Source: Octopus sinensis (taxonomy: Eukaryota). Taken from it: a stretch of DNA of 64,000 bases. Location of the stretch: positions 44,764,001-44,828,000 of the forward strand of contig NC_043005.1 in assembly GCF_006345805.1 (NCBI RefSeq), given 5' to 3'. Of the stretch, positions 14,176-25,335 are shown in pieces. Both the position numbers and the translations under genes were made by a program. The notes below the pieces were generated by a model. The model ran no database searches. It had not been told where the DNA came from and saw only the letters and a list, made by a program, of their open reading frames with translations. Positions within the stretch are counted from its first letter, which is position 1. Every line of letters starts with the position of its first letter.

Positions 14176-14377
14176 TATATATACATATACATATACAAAT
14201 ACATATTATATATACATCTATGTATATAATATATATATATGTAGGTGGTGAGTTATGCCACAAAACCTCCCAAAACTAGACACTGATATCTTAGTGCTAC
14301 TTAAGTCTAATAAGATTACCTATGAAAAAAGGCCAACCAATATGAATGTAAGTGATCCTCATGAACTATGAATTCAC
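12263..14377 (+). repeat. Local direct duplication: 12263-12743 and 13963-14377
   Basis: SINE head with the same private variants, then (CATA)/(TA)n, then ~135 nt of non-SINE sequence (gtaggtggtgagttatgccacaaaacctccc...gaattcac) in both copies. Confidence 0.9.
12940..13375 (+). mobile_element. SINE family A, full-length
   Basis: Head, TA/TG linker, 3' module ending gactgaaacaagtaaaag. Confidence 0.85.
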
Positions 14378-14625
14378 CATGTGCTCAAATGTGAGGGTCT
14401 CTCAAGACTAATGGCATAGTATTCAGTTTTCTAACAATGCGTCCATGTTAAGTTAAATTTAAAGATTACCTTTTGACATTAATACTGCATCTGTCACTAA
14501 TAATCAATATATATCCACACACACACACACATATAGTTGAAATTTACAGGAAAACAAGAAACAAGTGTATGAACAATGAACAATGAGCAGGTGTATTAGT
14601 TTGACGCTCGGGAAAGTGAGAAAGG

Positions 14626-14661
14626 CTTTTATGTTTCAAGCCTATGCTCTTCAACAGAAAG
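14626..14661 (-). ncRNA. Decayed minimal hammerhead motif (Penelope-like pLTR remnant)
   Basis: Minus strand CTTT-CTGTTGA-AGAGCATAGGCTT-GAAA-CATA-AAAG; stems I and II pair, but core A6 is U and the stem III G is A. Confidence 0.4.
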
Positions 14662-14675
14662 GAACACAAAGAAAT

Positions 14676-14711
<36 letters not shown>

Positions 14712-14777
14712 TAAAAAAAATAGGTGGATTTAGCGATCAAGCTAATGTATATGTATGTGTGTGTATATACATATATA

Positions 14778-14822
<45 letters not shown>

Positions 14823-14964
14823 CAAATACATATTATATATACATCTATGTATATAATATAATATATATATATGTATAAATATATATATATATATATTATA
14901 ATATATATATATATACATATGTATATATATATGTATATATATATATATATATAAATATATATAG

Positions 14965-15118
14965 GGGCAGGAGTGGCTGTGTGGTAAGTAGCTTGCTAAC
15001 CAACCACATGGTTCAGGGTTCAGTCCGGTACCTTGGGCAAGTGTCTTCTACTATAGCCTCAGGCCGACCAAAGCCTTATGAGTGGATTTGGTAGATGGAA
15101 ACTGAAAGAAGCCCGTCG

Positions 15119-15125
<7 letters not shown>
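14965..15125 (+). mobile_element. SINE family A head
   Basis: ggcaggagtggctgtgtggtaagtagcttgc...ggttcagtcc...gaaactgaaagaagcccgtcg. Confidence 0.85.
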
Positions 15126-15165
<40 letters not shown>

Positions 15166-15271
15166 ACACATATATATATGTAGATATATAGATAAATAGA
15201 TCTATATATTTATTTATGTTTATATACTAGCAGAGATACCTGGCCTTGCTCGGAATTAAAATGACATGTAT

Positions 15272-15580
15272 TTTTATTGTTTTACTTGTTTCATTCATGT
15301 AACTGTGGCCATGCTGGAGCACCACCGTTTGTCGAAGAAATCAACCACAGGATTTATTCTTTGTAAGCCTAGTACTCATTCTGTCAGTGTCTTTTACCAA
15401 ACCGCTAAGTTACAGGAATGTAAACACAGCAACATCAGTTATCAAGCAATGGTTGGGGTACAAACACATGACACATGCACACACATACACAATTATACAC
15501 ATATATATATGACAGTCTTCTTTCAGTTTCCGAGTACAAAATCCACTCACAAGGTTTTGGTTGGCCTGAGGCTATAATAA
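15272..15580 (-). mobile_element. SINE family A, 5'-truncated
   Basis: 3' module plus ...aaatccactcacaagg. Confidence 0.75.
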
Positions 15581-15584
15581 GCAT

Positions 15585-15679
<95 letters not shown>

Positions 15680-15689
15680 ATATATATAT

Positions 15690-15751
<62 letters not shown>

Positions 15752-15764
15752 GTAGCTGACATAC

Positions 15765-15826
15765 CTGGTAATTCCTGGGAAAGCGGGCTTATCCCTTGGT
15801 TCCGTTCTCATAATTGTTTTGCTAAT
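15765..15826 (-). CDS. Candidate internal exon of an unidentified gene (62 nt, [20 protein letters not shown])
   Basis: Minus strand tttctttattag|ATTAGC...ATTACCAG|gtatgt; non-repetitive and relatively GC-rich; only one open frame (phase 0 to phase 2). Protein not recognised. Confidence 0.4.
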
Positions 15827-16434
15827 CTAATAAAGAAATGGAGTTAAATGCAGGTGTTTTTCAAATCTTTATACTTCCGACATATATTTCGAAGAAAATA
15901 TTGGTATTATTACAGAAGGAATAAAATGATGTAAAACAAGGTGATCTTCTCATCAGGGAAAAAAAGAGAAACAAAACACATCAATAAGCCATTTTAACCG
16001 AATGCAATTACTGCATATATGATGATTGGAATACTGACAAGTAATTTTTTTAAAATCATTAATAGATTTAACGTCGAATGCAATTTAGAGAAAGAGAAGG
16101 CTCTGGCTTTGAGTACAAATGTCTTGTTTTCATAAGTTTTGAATTAAAATCTTCCACCAAACCTTAGTCACAATTTATGTTCCTAACAATAGCTGAATGA
16201 TAACTAAGTTATTTTCCTAAATTCTTTGCTATATTTAAAGTAACTGAAAGAAATACAGAGCATCTCAAAATATATACAGTAATGAAAGGGTTAAGAGAGT
16301 AGAGTGTTATTTGAAAGAGACCTGGCTGGTATTTCTAGCATGTTGAGTGACCATGTAGAGGCTTCATCAATAATAACTCAGTGTGTTGAGAGGTGATTCA
16401 TGTTGGCAAATGTCAATTAAGAAAAAAATGATTG

Positions 16435-16859
16435 TGAAATTGTCTAAAAATGTTTAGATTTTCTTTCTCATTTCACATCAACATACCTCACAATGTATGA
16501 ATTATTAAGCTATTTTTAAAGTCGTTATATTTCACAATAACATCTTGCATTTTTTTTTTATTCTCAAAATAAATTATTATATTAGTTATCACAATGATTT
16601 CCATGATCATTTCCATCATTCACACTTTCATGATATCAGTTCTTTTAGAGGTTTGCATATGGCATATCTCCAGGTTAGTAGTTCTTTGATAATTTCTTTT
16701 GTTAATTTTAACTTAATTATTTTTAACTCTTAACAAATGCTTACTGAAATTCCATAACTTTTAATGCCACAACAATAAACAACCAGTTCTGTTACTGCAA
16801 ATGTAAATCTGCCCAGTAACACAAATCACCTTAGTCGTGAAGTTTTAGCAGTTTATTAA

Positions 16860-16912
<53 letters not shown>

Positions 16913-17328
16913 GTGTGTGTGTGTGTGTTGTGTGTGTGTGTATGTGTGTGTGTGCTGCATGTGTGTGTATCTATCTGTCTGCTGTTGTACAAACCACACA
17001 CACACACACACATATTTATATATTTTGGTGCGAATGGTTTTGTTAAGCGGTGTCAAGTTTTACAATTCTGTTAATAATAATAATGGTATTTTTTTAATAA
17101 GCTTAAAGCTTATAGTGATCACTGTGCAAATGACTAACGAAAATAGTCTAATAATGGGGCATATAAGCCCTCGACAGAAAGAAAATAGGCTTTCCTGCAT
17201 GCATGGGAAAACCTACAAAACGCTACTGTGAAATATAACGACTTTAAAAATAACTTAATAATTCATACATTGTGAGGTATGTTGATGTGCAATGAGAAAG
17301 AAAATTTAAACATTTTTAGACAATTTCA
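16435..17328. mobile_element. Foldback element with 102-bp inverted repeats (16435-16536 / 17227-17328)
   Basis: Arms are reverse complements with 3 mismatches counted by eye; ~690 nt non-coding interior containing (TG)n. Confidence 0.8.
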
Positions 17329-17352
17329 TTTTTGATTTTTATTATTATTTAT

Positions 17353-17404
17353 ATCATCATCATCATCGTTTAACGTCCGTTCTCCATGCTAGCATGGGTT
17401 GGAC
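17353..17404 (-). mobile_element. Retroposon family C, extreme 3' end
   Basis: (CAT)n-cgtttaacgtccgttctccatgctagcatgggttggac. Confidence 0.75.
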
Positions 17405-18100
17405 ATATATATATATATGTGTGTGTGTGGTGTGTGTGTGTGTATGTACGTATGTATGTATGTATGTATGTATGTATGTATGTATGTATGTATGTATGTA
17501 TGTATGTACTTCAGTAATGTAACTACACACATGCTGTTGGTGATTTTTTTTATCCTTGGACTTTTCTCCTTTTCCTTTCTGGCAAAGTGCTATACCCAAA
17601 ACATCAAAATCTCTCTCTTTTCACTAAGAGACGAACTAATACATTTCATTGTTACTTTTAACATTGTTCACTTGATTTGACTATATATATATGTGTGTGT
17701 GTGTGTATTGGTATCAAATTGATTATATCGACCCCAGAACTCAACTGGTACTTATTTTATCGATTCCAGTTGCATTTCTTTTCCAAAGATCTTTTATAAC
17801 AGTTACTGTATCAGCCTCACCAACAACACCAACTAAACATACAAAAGTTTACAAACTACTAGCAAAAGGCAACTTACACAATGAACACAAACATTTATTT
17901 ATTATTCTGTTCCCCCAAAATTTGGTGTTTTGCTTTTTTTTTACCTTCTTTCATTGCTATCATTAATTGATTAAGCCTTGATAATTTACAAAGGTATCTT
18001 CTATTGTTTTATTTGACTTTCAGCCTGCCACCATTCAATTCTCCAAAAGAGCATGCACACATGCATGCACACACACATGCATGCACACACACACACACAT

Positions 18101-18174
<74 letters not shown>

Positions 18175-18552
18175 GCATGGTGCCATATCAAAATATTGAA
18201 ACCCTTATTCCTTTCTTAAATATCATTTGAAATGTTGGCTCAAATCATTAAAATGTGAATTGAGAAGAACTTTTGAGAAAAAGATTTTCAAAAGAACAAA
18301 ATACTTTGATGAGAATTATTAATTATATATGATAGGAAGCCAATGCCAAGATGACTTAATTTGCAGAATTCCAACAAGAAATATATTAGACATTTTCAAA
18401 TTTATTTGAGAAAACTGCTCACAGAAAGTGGTAAGTTAAACAAGTTACCGCAGTAGTCATGCTTGTTGTTTAGTGTAGGAAAAACAGTTTGGAACAATAA
18501 CGGAGAAGACTGAAATAATCTACATATAGCTATGTTAAAACATGAGTGTTCT

Positions 18553-18915
18553 CATCATCATCATCATCATCATCGTTTAACGTCCGCTTTCCATGCTAGC
18601 ATGGGTTGGATGATTTTGACTGAGGGCTGGTGAACCAGATGGCTGCACCAGGCTCCAATCTTGATCTGGCAGAGTTTCTACAGCTGGATGCCCTTCCTAA
18701 CGCCAACCTCTCCGAGAGTGTAGTGGGTGCTTTTTACGTGCCACCAGTACAGGGGCCAGTCAGGTGGTACTGGCAATGACCTCGCTTGAATCTTTTTACA
18801 CATGTCACCGGCACAGGTGCTAGTAAGGCAACATTGGTAACGATCATGCTCGAATGGTGCCCTTTTACATGTCACGGTACAGGAGCCAGTCAGGCGGTAC
18901 TGGCAATGACCTCGC
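18553..18915 (-). mobile_element. Retroposon family C (RTE-type 3' end with (GAT)n tail)
   Basis: (CAT)n-cgtttaacgtccgctttccatgctagcatggg...ggatgcccttcctaacgccaacc; internal duplicated unit ggccagtcagg.ggtactggcaatgacctcgc. Confidence 0.75.
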
Positions 18916-18934
18916 GGAGATGTTTGCATAAACA

Positions 18935-20760
18935 TAGAATTAGGTGTACATAAAAGATAAAGCATACAGCAGTATAATGAAAGAGTAAGGTGAAGTAGAG
19001 CTATTTTGCAAAGATTGATTGATACAGTTATTTTTTTAGGATGCCAATAATAACATTTCATGGTCATTTCTAATCCAAAGTATCCAATAACCATGGGAAT
19101 TATAAAGAACTTTTATATCTAATCAGTAAGTATGGTGAAAAATTGGCAAACCATCAAATACAGGTTATGTTTACTTGGGTTTTTCAAGCAGAATTTAAAA
19201 TGATTCAATTGAGGTGATTCAAAAGGTAATGTTGAATGAAATAGAATATGAACTTAAGCAGGCTAAATTTGTTGCTATACTTGTTGATGAAATGTCTGAC
19301 ATACAATAGTATTCAGAACTGCCAACTGCTTTGTATTATGTTACAAAAGATTATGTCACTAAAGAACAATTTATCGGTTTTAATGATGTTTGTACTGACC
19401 ATTCAGCATATGTTTTTAAATATCTGCACATGTTTTTAAATACATTGAAATTTAGCAATGTGAAATTAATTGCACAAACCTATGATGGCGCTCCTTTAGT
19501 GGTAGGACAATTAAGTGGGCTCTAGTCAAAAGTAAGGGAGAAATATGAATCTACAATCCTTAATCGTTGTTATGCTCATGTACTAAATCTAGTTCTTTTG
19601 CAAGCAGGCTTTGCAACAAAAGAAAGCAATATGTTTTTTCTACAATAAATGGATTGAATACAAATTTTATGAAATTACCCCAAAGAACTAATGTGATGGA
19701 TAAGAATGCTCAAAAAAAAAAAAGATTTCCCAAAGTTGCAGCAATTAGTTTGAATTACTTATCACATCTAATTAATACTGCAAAAGAAAATTGTAATTTC
19801 TCAATCAACCATTTTAAAAGCATCATTGAAAATTTCAAACTGTAGTATTGGATTACTATAAATTCTTCAATTGGATTTTGCTACAATTTCAAAGACCTTA
19901 ATTTTCTGTTTCTACTTAAAATATTTTATATATATATTTTTATAAATGTTTTAATCTTTAAAATGTTTCTGCTTCAAAGCTATAGTCATGACTTTTTTTT
20001 TTATTATTTAACATCATTCAGACTAAAATTCTTGGCACCATATATTGCACAGTTCAAAGAGATAAAACTAGAACTATGCCCAACATTTCACTGGAGATCT
20101 TGCTATAGTGTTATGAAATGTTAGAGGTAAAATATGGTATAGATGAACAAACCAAACTAAGAAATCCAGAAATGAAACCTTTAGCTCACAACAACATTTA
20201 AGAACGCTCTGTAACAAAATAACTGACAGAAAAGTTGAAAAATTAAAAGCAAGATATTCATCCTTAGAAGTGCTTAAATCCATGGAACTTCCAATATTAG
20301 CAAAGCTGAAGAATATTTCAAAAGCTTTTTAGTGGATGCCATAAATTCTTTGAAAATCACTTGTAGTTTATTTTTGTACTTCATTTACAGAGTAAACTAA
20401 ATATTATATATTCAATGCAATATTTTAAAAAGCAAAGTATATGTAATTTAATGTCTTATATTTTAGTCAATGATCTTATTAAATGAATGCATTGCTAGGA
20501 TCCATCAGTCTTTACCATTTAGTTTTGACAATTCCTTCAACAACTGCCGCTGTAAAGCAGTTCTTTCTTACACTGAAGTGAATTAAAATCTACCAATGAA
20601 ATACGGCAGTACAGAGTATATTTTCAGAGTTAGCTCTTATGTCAGTCAAAAATGATTTACTCCAGCATCTCATTAAAATAGAAAATTTCTGTGAAAACAT
20701 ATTTGTTCTGGAAAATTGAAGACTCCAGCTTATACCAGCTTATAAATGAGGTTAAACAAT
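18935..20760 (+). pseudogene. Decayed hAT-superfamily transposase (ZMYM1-like / DUF4371 type)
   Basis: Stitched frames give AILQRLIDTVIFLG, HGNYKELL, FVAILVDEMSD (D at 19286), AQTYDGA (19484), RCYAHVLNLVL (19568) and the C-terminal dimerisation motif LVLTIPSTTAAVKQFFLTLK*IKIY...SELALMSV; many stops and frameshifts. Confidence 0.85.
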
Positions 20761-21059
20761 TACTTTTTAAACTTTTGTGTCTTTTGTTTTTATTTCAATA
20801 GTATTAAAAGGCAATGCCTATGGTCATGTTACAAAATGGAAGGTTTTGCTTTGGGAATTAATTTCAAAAAGGGTTTGATTGAATAAATGAGTACCTACTG
20901 CAATCATACTGAAGGATTGGCTTAATTTTAGACTGGATAACCTTCCAAACAAGTTACGAGAAAATATATACTTAATTTTTCTGTAATACATTTAAATTGA
21001 TAGTATGAAATAGAATGATCGATTCTGCCAATGATAATTTTATAAATAATTTGAGAAAT

Positions 21060-21690
21060 CATTCTTATCTTCTTCAACTTGCTGTCCAATGAAGATAGAA
21101 GGTTAGGTTGTGGTATTATTCTGCATTACTTTAGTATCTTCATATCTAATTCTGAACCCAGCCTTTACAGCCTATTCTTTGAGCATGATAGGTAAATCTT
21201 GTAGTCCAGTTATTGTTTTTATGAACAATACAATGTTGCTGGCAAAAGCTAGATCACAAAGCCTTTCTACTTCACTCCACTACACTCTTGTAGCATCCCC
21301 ATCAATTACCTTCTTCATCACTGTCAGCTATTTGCAGTCCAGTCAGGAGGGAAGAAAATATAGAAAATAATGTGAATGGCAGGATCAGAAAATCACAGAC
21401 CATATTTCAAAGTATGCATCAAATGTGAGTACAAGTATTAGTACTGACATAATAATTTTCTTATAAGTTCATGAACAGATATTCCGGAAGATAGCCAAAA
21501 GATATGGACACATTCCACCAGTAAGGCTGACAGAAGATCTTCAAAGTTATTTTGTTTGATTGAATTACAATGAGGAAATCTTTTTGCAAAGCAAATCCCA
21601 AACCAAGCCATTACAAAACATTGTGGCACTGTATTGGTTTTGGCTGGCCAGTAACATTTTGTTCTAACCTGTTACTCAGTATGTAAATTT
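21060..21690 (-). pseudogene. Old RTE-clade LINE RT fragment
   Basis: VMKKVIDGDATRV*WSEVERLCDLAFASNIVL...AVKAGFRIRYEDTKVM resembles RTE ...LEDLDFADDIALL...KVGLRINxxKTKVM. Confidence 0.65.
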
Positions 21691-21699
21691 CTGCCATCA

Positions 21700-22146
21700 A
21701 GGTCCTCTACACAGATACGTCTTCAACCATCTTAACCCCTGACGGAGAAACATCATCTTTCTCAATCAGAGCCGGAATACTGCAGGGAGACACACTCGCC
21801 CCATTTCTTTTCATCATTGTTGTTGATTATGTGCTACGTATGTCAGTTGATACCATCTCTGGCAAGGGCTTTGAAATAAAACCAAGAAGAAGTTCCAGAC
21901 ACGCAGCTGAGTCCAGTTTGCTGGACATTGTTGTAGAGCTGAAAAAGAAGTAATTTCTACTCTTCCCCTCTGGAAGCCATCTACTCGCAATACCAGAGGG
22001 CACACACTCTCCTACCCTGATGTAATCTCCAGGGATACAGGCATCCAGCAACAGGACCTCAGTAATGCCATGATGGACCGTGAAGTCTGGCGTAGCATGG
22101 TAAATTCCATTGTCTCGACCACGGTCGAACAATGATGATGATGATG
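21700..22146 (+). mobile_element. 5'-truncated, internally deleted RTE-type LINE with (ATG)n tail
   Basis: TPDGETSSFSIRAGILQGDTLAPFLFIIVVDYVLR...RRSSRHAAE joined at ~21913 to QFAGHCCRAEKEVIS...DREVWRSMVNSIVSTTVEQ* followed by tgatgatgatg. Confidence 0.85.
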
Positions 22147-22289
22147 TAAAGACTGGAATGTTATGGAGATGGAAAGAAGGGAAGCAGATAAAGAACCAAC
22201 CTCCACAAAAAAAAAAACCATATGTGAGATAGTCAAAGCTTGCTTTCTTGCTTCATGCTCTTGATTGAAGGGGCTGGGGTTATCGCAGG

Positions 22290-22520
22290 TTAGCGGTGTC
22301 AGAGACTTCATTGTGCAAAGAGCTGACCAGGCCCACCAGTGCTTGCCATCGCTGGCGGTCCTATACCAGTCCCTCTGCATCCTAAGATGAAGATATTCAA
22401 AGAAGACCTCAAAAGCATGTGGACAAGTTAGGCATGAGTGGAAAGAATAGCAGTAGATCGACCATACGAGAACAAACTAGCTTCTTCAAGCATCTTGCAA
22501 CGTGGGAGAACTTATATCTA
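22290..22520 (+). pseudogene. Decayed RTE-type LINE C-terminus
   Basis: IFKEDLKSMWTS*A*VERIAVDRP...GRTYI*V resembles RTE C-terminal xEDLxxMGxxWxxxxRIAxDR. Confidence 0.45.
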
Positions 22521-23051
22521 AGTCTGAAGGCTTTATAAATGGTACAGCTATTTAATAATGATAACAGTGACATATAAGACATACATTTTGTGGCAACTTA
22601 TCCTTTTCACCAGTTTGCAAACAATTAAACATGTCAACATCTTACAATGAATTATTATGGAGGAAGCAGGTTTTTACTTTATTTTTTCACATTGCTAAAA
22701 TGACTTCCTGCTAATATTCCTAGTGATTCTTAGTTCACTGTGCCTTAAGGCTCCATACTTTGGTATTTTGTATATTAATCCTTTCTTTTCAAACATATTC
22801 ATTATATTCTAAAATGTTGTCTTCCAAAACTACATTTTAACAGCTGCATTACAGCAAACACACAAGCGTACACAAATCTGATGAATAATCAAATCTTACA
22901 TTAAATTAATATGAAATTAATTTTCATACTTTCAAATAATTTTTTTCATTTTGTTTAATTATAATTCATCAAACTCATTCTGTTTTCCTGTTTACTTGTT
23001 TTGTTTTATGTATCTAGTAGTAATAATAATAATGATAATGATAATAATAAC

Positions 23052-23100
<49 letters not shown>

Positions 23101-24220
23101 TTTTTGATTACAGTGTCTTCCAAACACACTGCCTTCTGAACACTGAGTAATCCTACACTGATATTCAATATCATGATTGCAAAACTTAAAATTGTTGTCA
23201 GCTTACAAAGGCATATTTTTCTCTACCAGTCTTCTGTAACAGACATATTGATTTTCACAGCACAAAAATAGATTTCCCTTAGGATATTAAATATTATATC
23301 AAAATTTTATACCACTGATGCAAAATATTGTCATATGCATTCATCATTTCTCAATATTTTATTTCACATGGTCACTTTTTTTCCATGTGATACTAGGTTG
23401 GCTAGGTCAATATAATGATATCTTTCTCCACCTTCTCGCTGTCTTCGTCCCCCTCTCTCATTTTTCCCTCCCTCTTTCTATCCCTCTTGCCATTCCACCT
23501 CTCTTTCTTCTTGTCTCTTTCTGTCATCACTTTTCCAGTTGATTTTAAATATTTTAGACAAATCCCAATTATCATGTCTTATATAATCTTTGCTACCATC
23601 TGCAACCAATTCACTATGACATTCTTATTTCATCCGTGTTGCTTTTAATCTTCCACAGCCAGTTTTTCTTTCTTTCTCTATAATCTCAACTAGATTCTGA
23701 GAGACAAAGACATGTACTCTTTTGTTTAAAACAAGCTTAAGTTATGATTCAAAGGTGGGTTTCTTTATTTCTAACATTTTGATATCAGAAATAACCAGTG
23801 TATGGTTAATACAGTGATACAGAAAATTGAGTTAGCTAACATATTGTTTGGTTAAGCAAGCAAAATATATAACTCTGTGTTAATAAATCGTCATTACCAT
23901 GGGCTCAGATCAATTTGAATATATAATATAATTTTCTACTTTAAATATATGTCCCTACACTCTAAATTTTTTGATTCTAAGGTATATAGAGAGATTATCT
24001 TTCATCTATATCTCACTTGCTATATTAACCACTAGTCTTTGATATTTATTGTAGAAATCTACAATATATGTCCATCTACAGTAACTAGCAGCAGACAATT
24101 TTATGTTTCACACAGTTGTATGTTAGACTTAATAAACTTCACAATGGTTTCTGAAAAGAATGAAATAGTGCTATACAGGATTTCCAAACACTAGAAATTT
24201 TAAGAACTTCATAGTAAGTA

Positions 24221-24630
24221 GGCGTAGGAGTGGCTGTGTGGTAAGTAGCTTGCTTACCAACCACATGGTTCCGGGTTCAGTCCCACTGCGTGGCACCTTG
24301 CGCAAGTATCTTTTACTATAGCCTCGGGCCGACCAAAGCCTTGTGAGTGGATTTGGTAGACGGAAACTGAAAGAAGCCCGTCGTATATATGTATATATAT
24401 ATGTGTGTGCGTGTGTGTTTGTGTTTCTGTGTTTGTCCCCCTAGCATTGCTTGACAACCGATGCGGGTGTGTTTATGTCCCCGTCACTTAGCGGTTCGGC
24501 AAAAGAGACCGATAGAATAAGTACTGGGCTTACAAAGAATAAGTCTCGGGGTCGAGTTGCTCAACTAAAGGCAGTGCTCCAGCATGGCTGCAGTCAAATG
24601 ACTGAAACAAGTAAAAGAGTAAAAGAGTAA
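24221..24630 (+). mobile_element. SINE family A, best-preserved copy (tRNA-derived)
   Basis: A-box-like tggctgtgtggt and B-box-like ggttcagtcc, TA/TG linker, 3' module, tail (gtaaaaga)2, possible TSD agtaag. Confidence 0.9.
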
Positions 24631-24682
24631 GCCAACAACAAAAATAGAAAAAAGAAAAAAGGGAAATTTGTGAATTTTGTAC

Positions 24683-24888
24683 ATCTTCCTTATTCCTTAA
24701 TTCTTCTTCTTTATTCCTGAATTCTCCTTCCTTATTCCTGAATTCTCCTTCCTTATTCCTGAACTCTTATTCCTTATTCCCAAATTCTTCTTCCTTATTT
24801 TAGAATTCTGTTCCTTATTCCTGAATTCTTCTTCCTTATTCTGTATTTTTCTTCCTTATTTCTTAATTCTTCTTCCTTATTCTTTAAT
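24683..24888. repeat. 21-bp minisatellite, ~9-10 units (ttcctgaattctccttcctta)
   Basis: Tandem units visible directly; two units are 20 bp. Confidence 0.9.
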
Positions 24889-25162
24889 TTCAAATTGCAA
24901 CTTCTAATTCTATCAAATAGTATGAAGAAATGACTGTCTCTTTTGTACTAGGTGTCTGCTAGGGCACATGTCCCTAAGTATAAATGTTTTAGGAAAAATC
25001 ATATCAATATCAGCAGACTAATAATTCTTGGAATTATTTATGAAATTACAAGAGACACTAAATTGTTTGTGCTGAAAGAAAGAATAAGAACATTGAGATG
25101 AACTGGAATATTTTGCAGAGATAAGGATGAACAATGGCTTAGTTTCTTAACCAATGGTTATA

Positions 25163-25335
25163 GTTCATGGCTTAGTGGTTTGGCTGTTGGACTCTTGATC
25201 ATAAGATTGTGGTTTTGATTCCTGGACTGGGTGACACGTGTTATTGAGCAAAGTATTTCATTTCAAGTTGCTTCAAGTCCACTCAGTTGGCAAAACTGAG
25301 TAATCCTACGATGGACCAGTGTTCCATCCTGGTTG
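25163..25335 (+). mobile_element. tRNA-derived SINE related to family B
   Basis: tggcttagtggtttggctgttggactc...ggttttgattcctggac head, then gagcaaag..tttcatttca.gttgcttca.gtccactcag central domain and cctacgatggaccagtg. Confidence 0.55.

Noticed and set aside
18368-18431. + strand AG...GTAAGT-bounded open segment NSNKKYIRHFQIYLRKLLTES
   Set aside because: Single unsupported candidate; such signals are expected by chance in 64 kb of AT-rich DNA.
24101-24150. Minus-strand acceptor followed by TIVKFIKSNIQLCET*
   Set aside because: Phase does not fit exon 39718-39796 and no linking exon was found.
24221-24300. tRNA-like sequence with A and B boxes
   Set aside because: It continues into SINE body and recurs more than 20 times with decay; no complete cloverleaf, so not called a tRNA gene.
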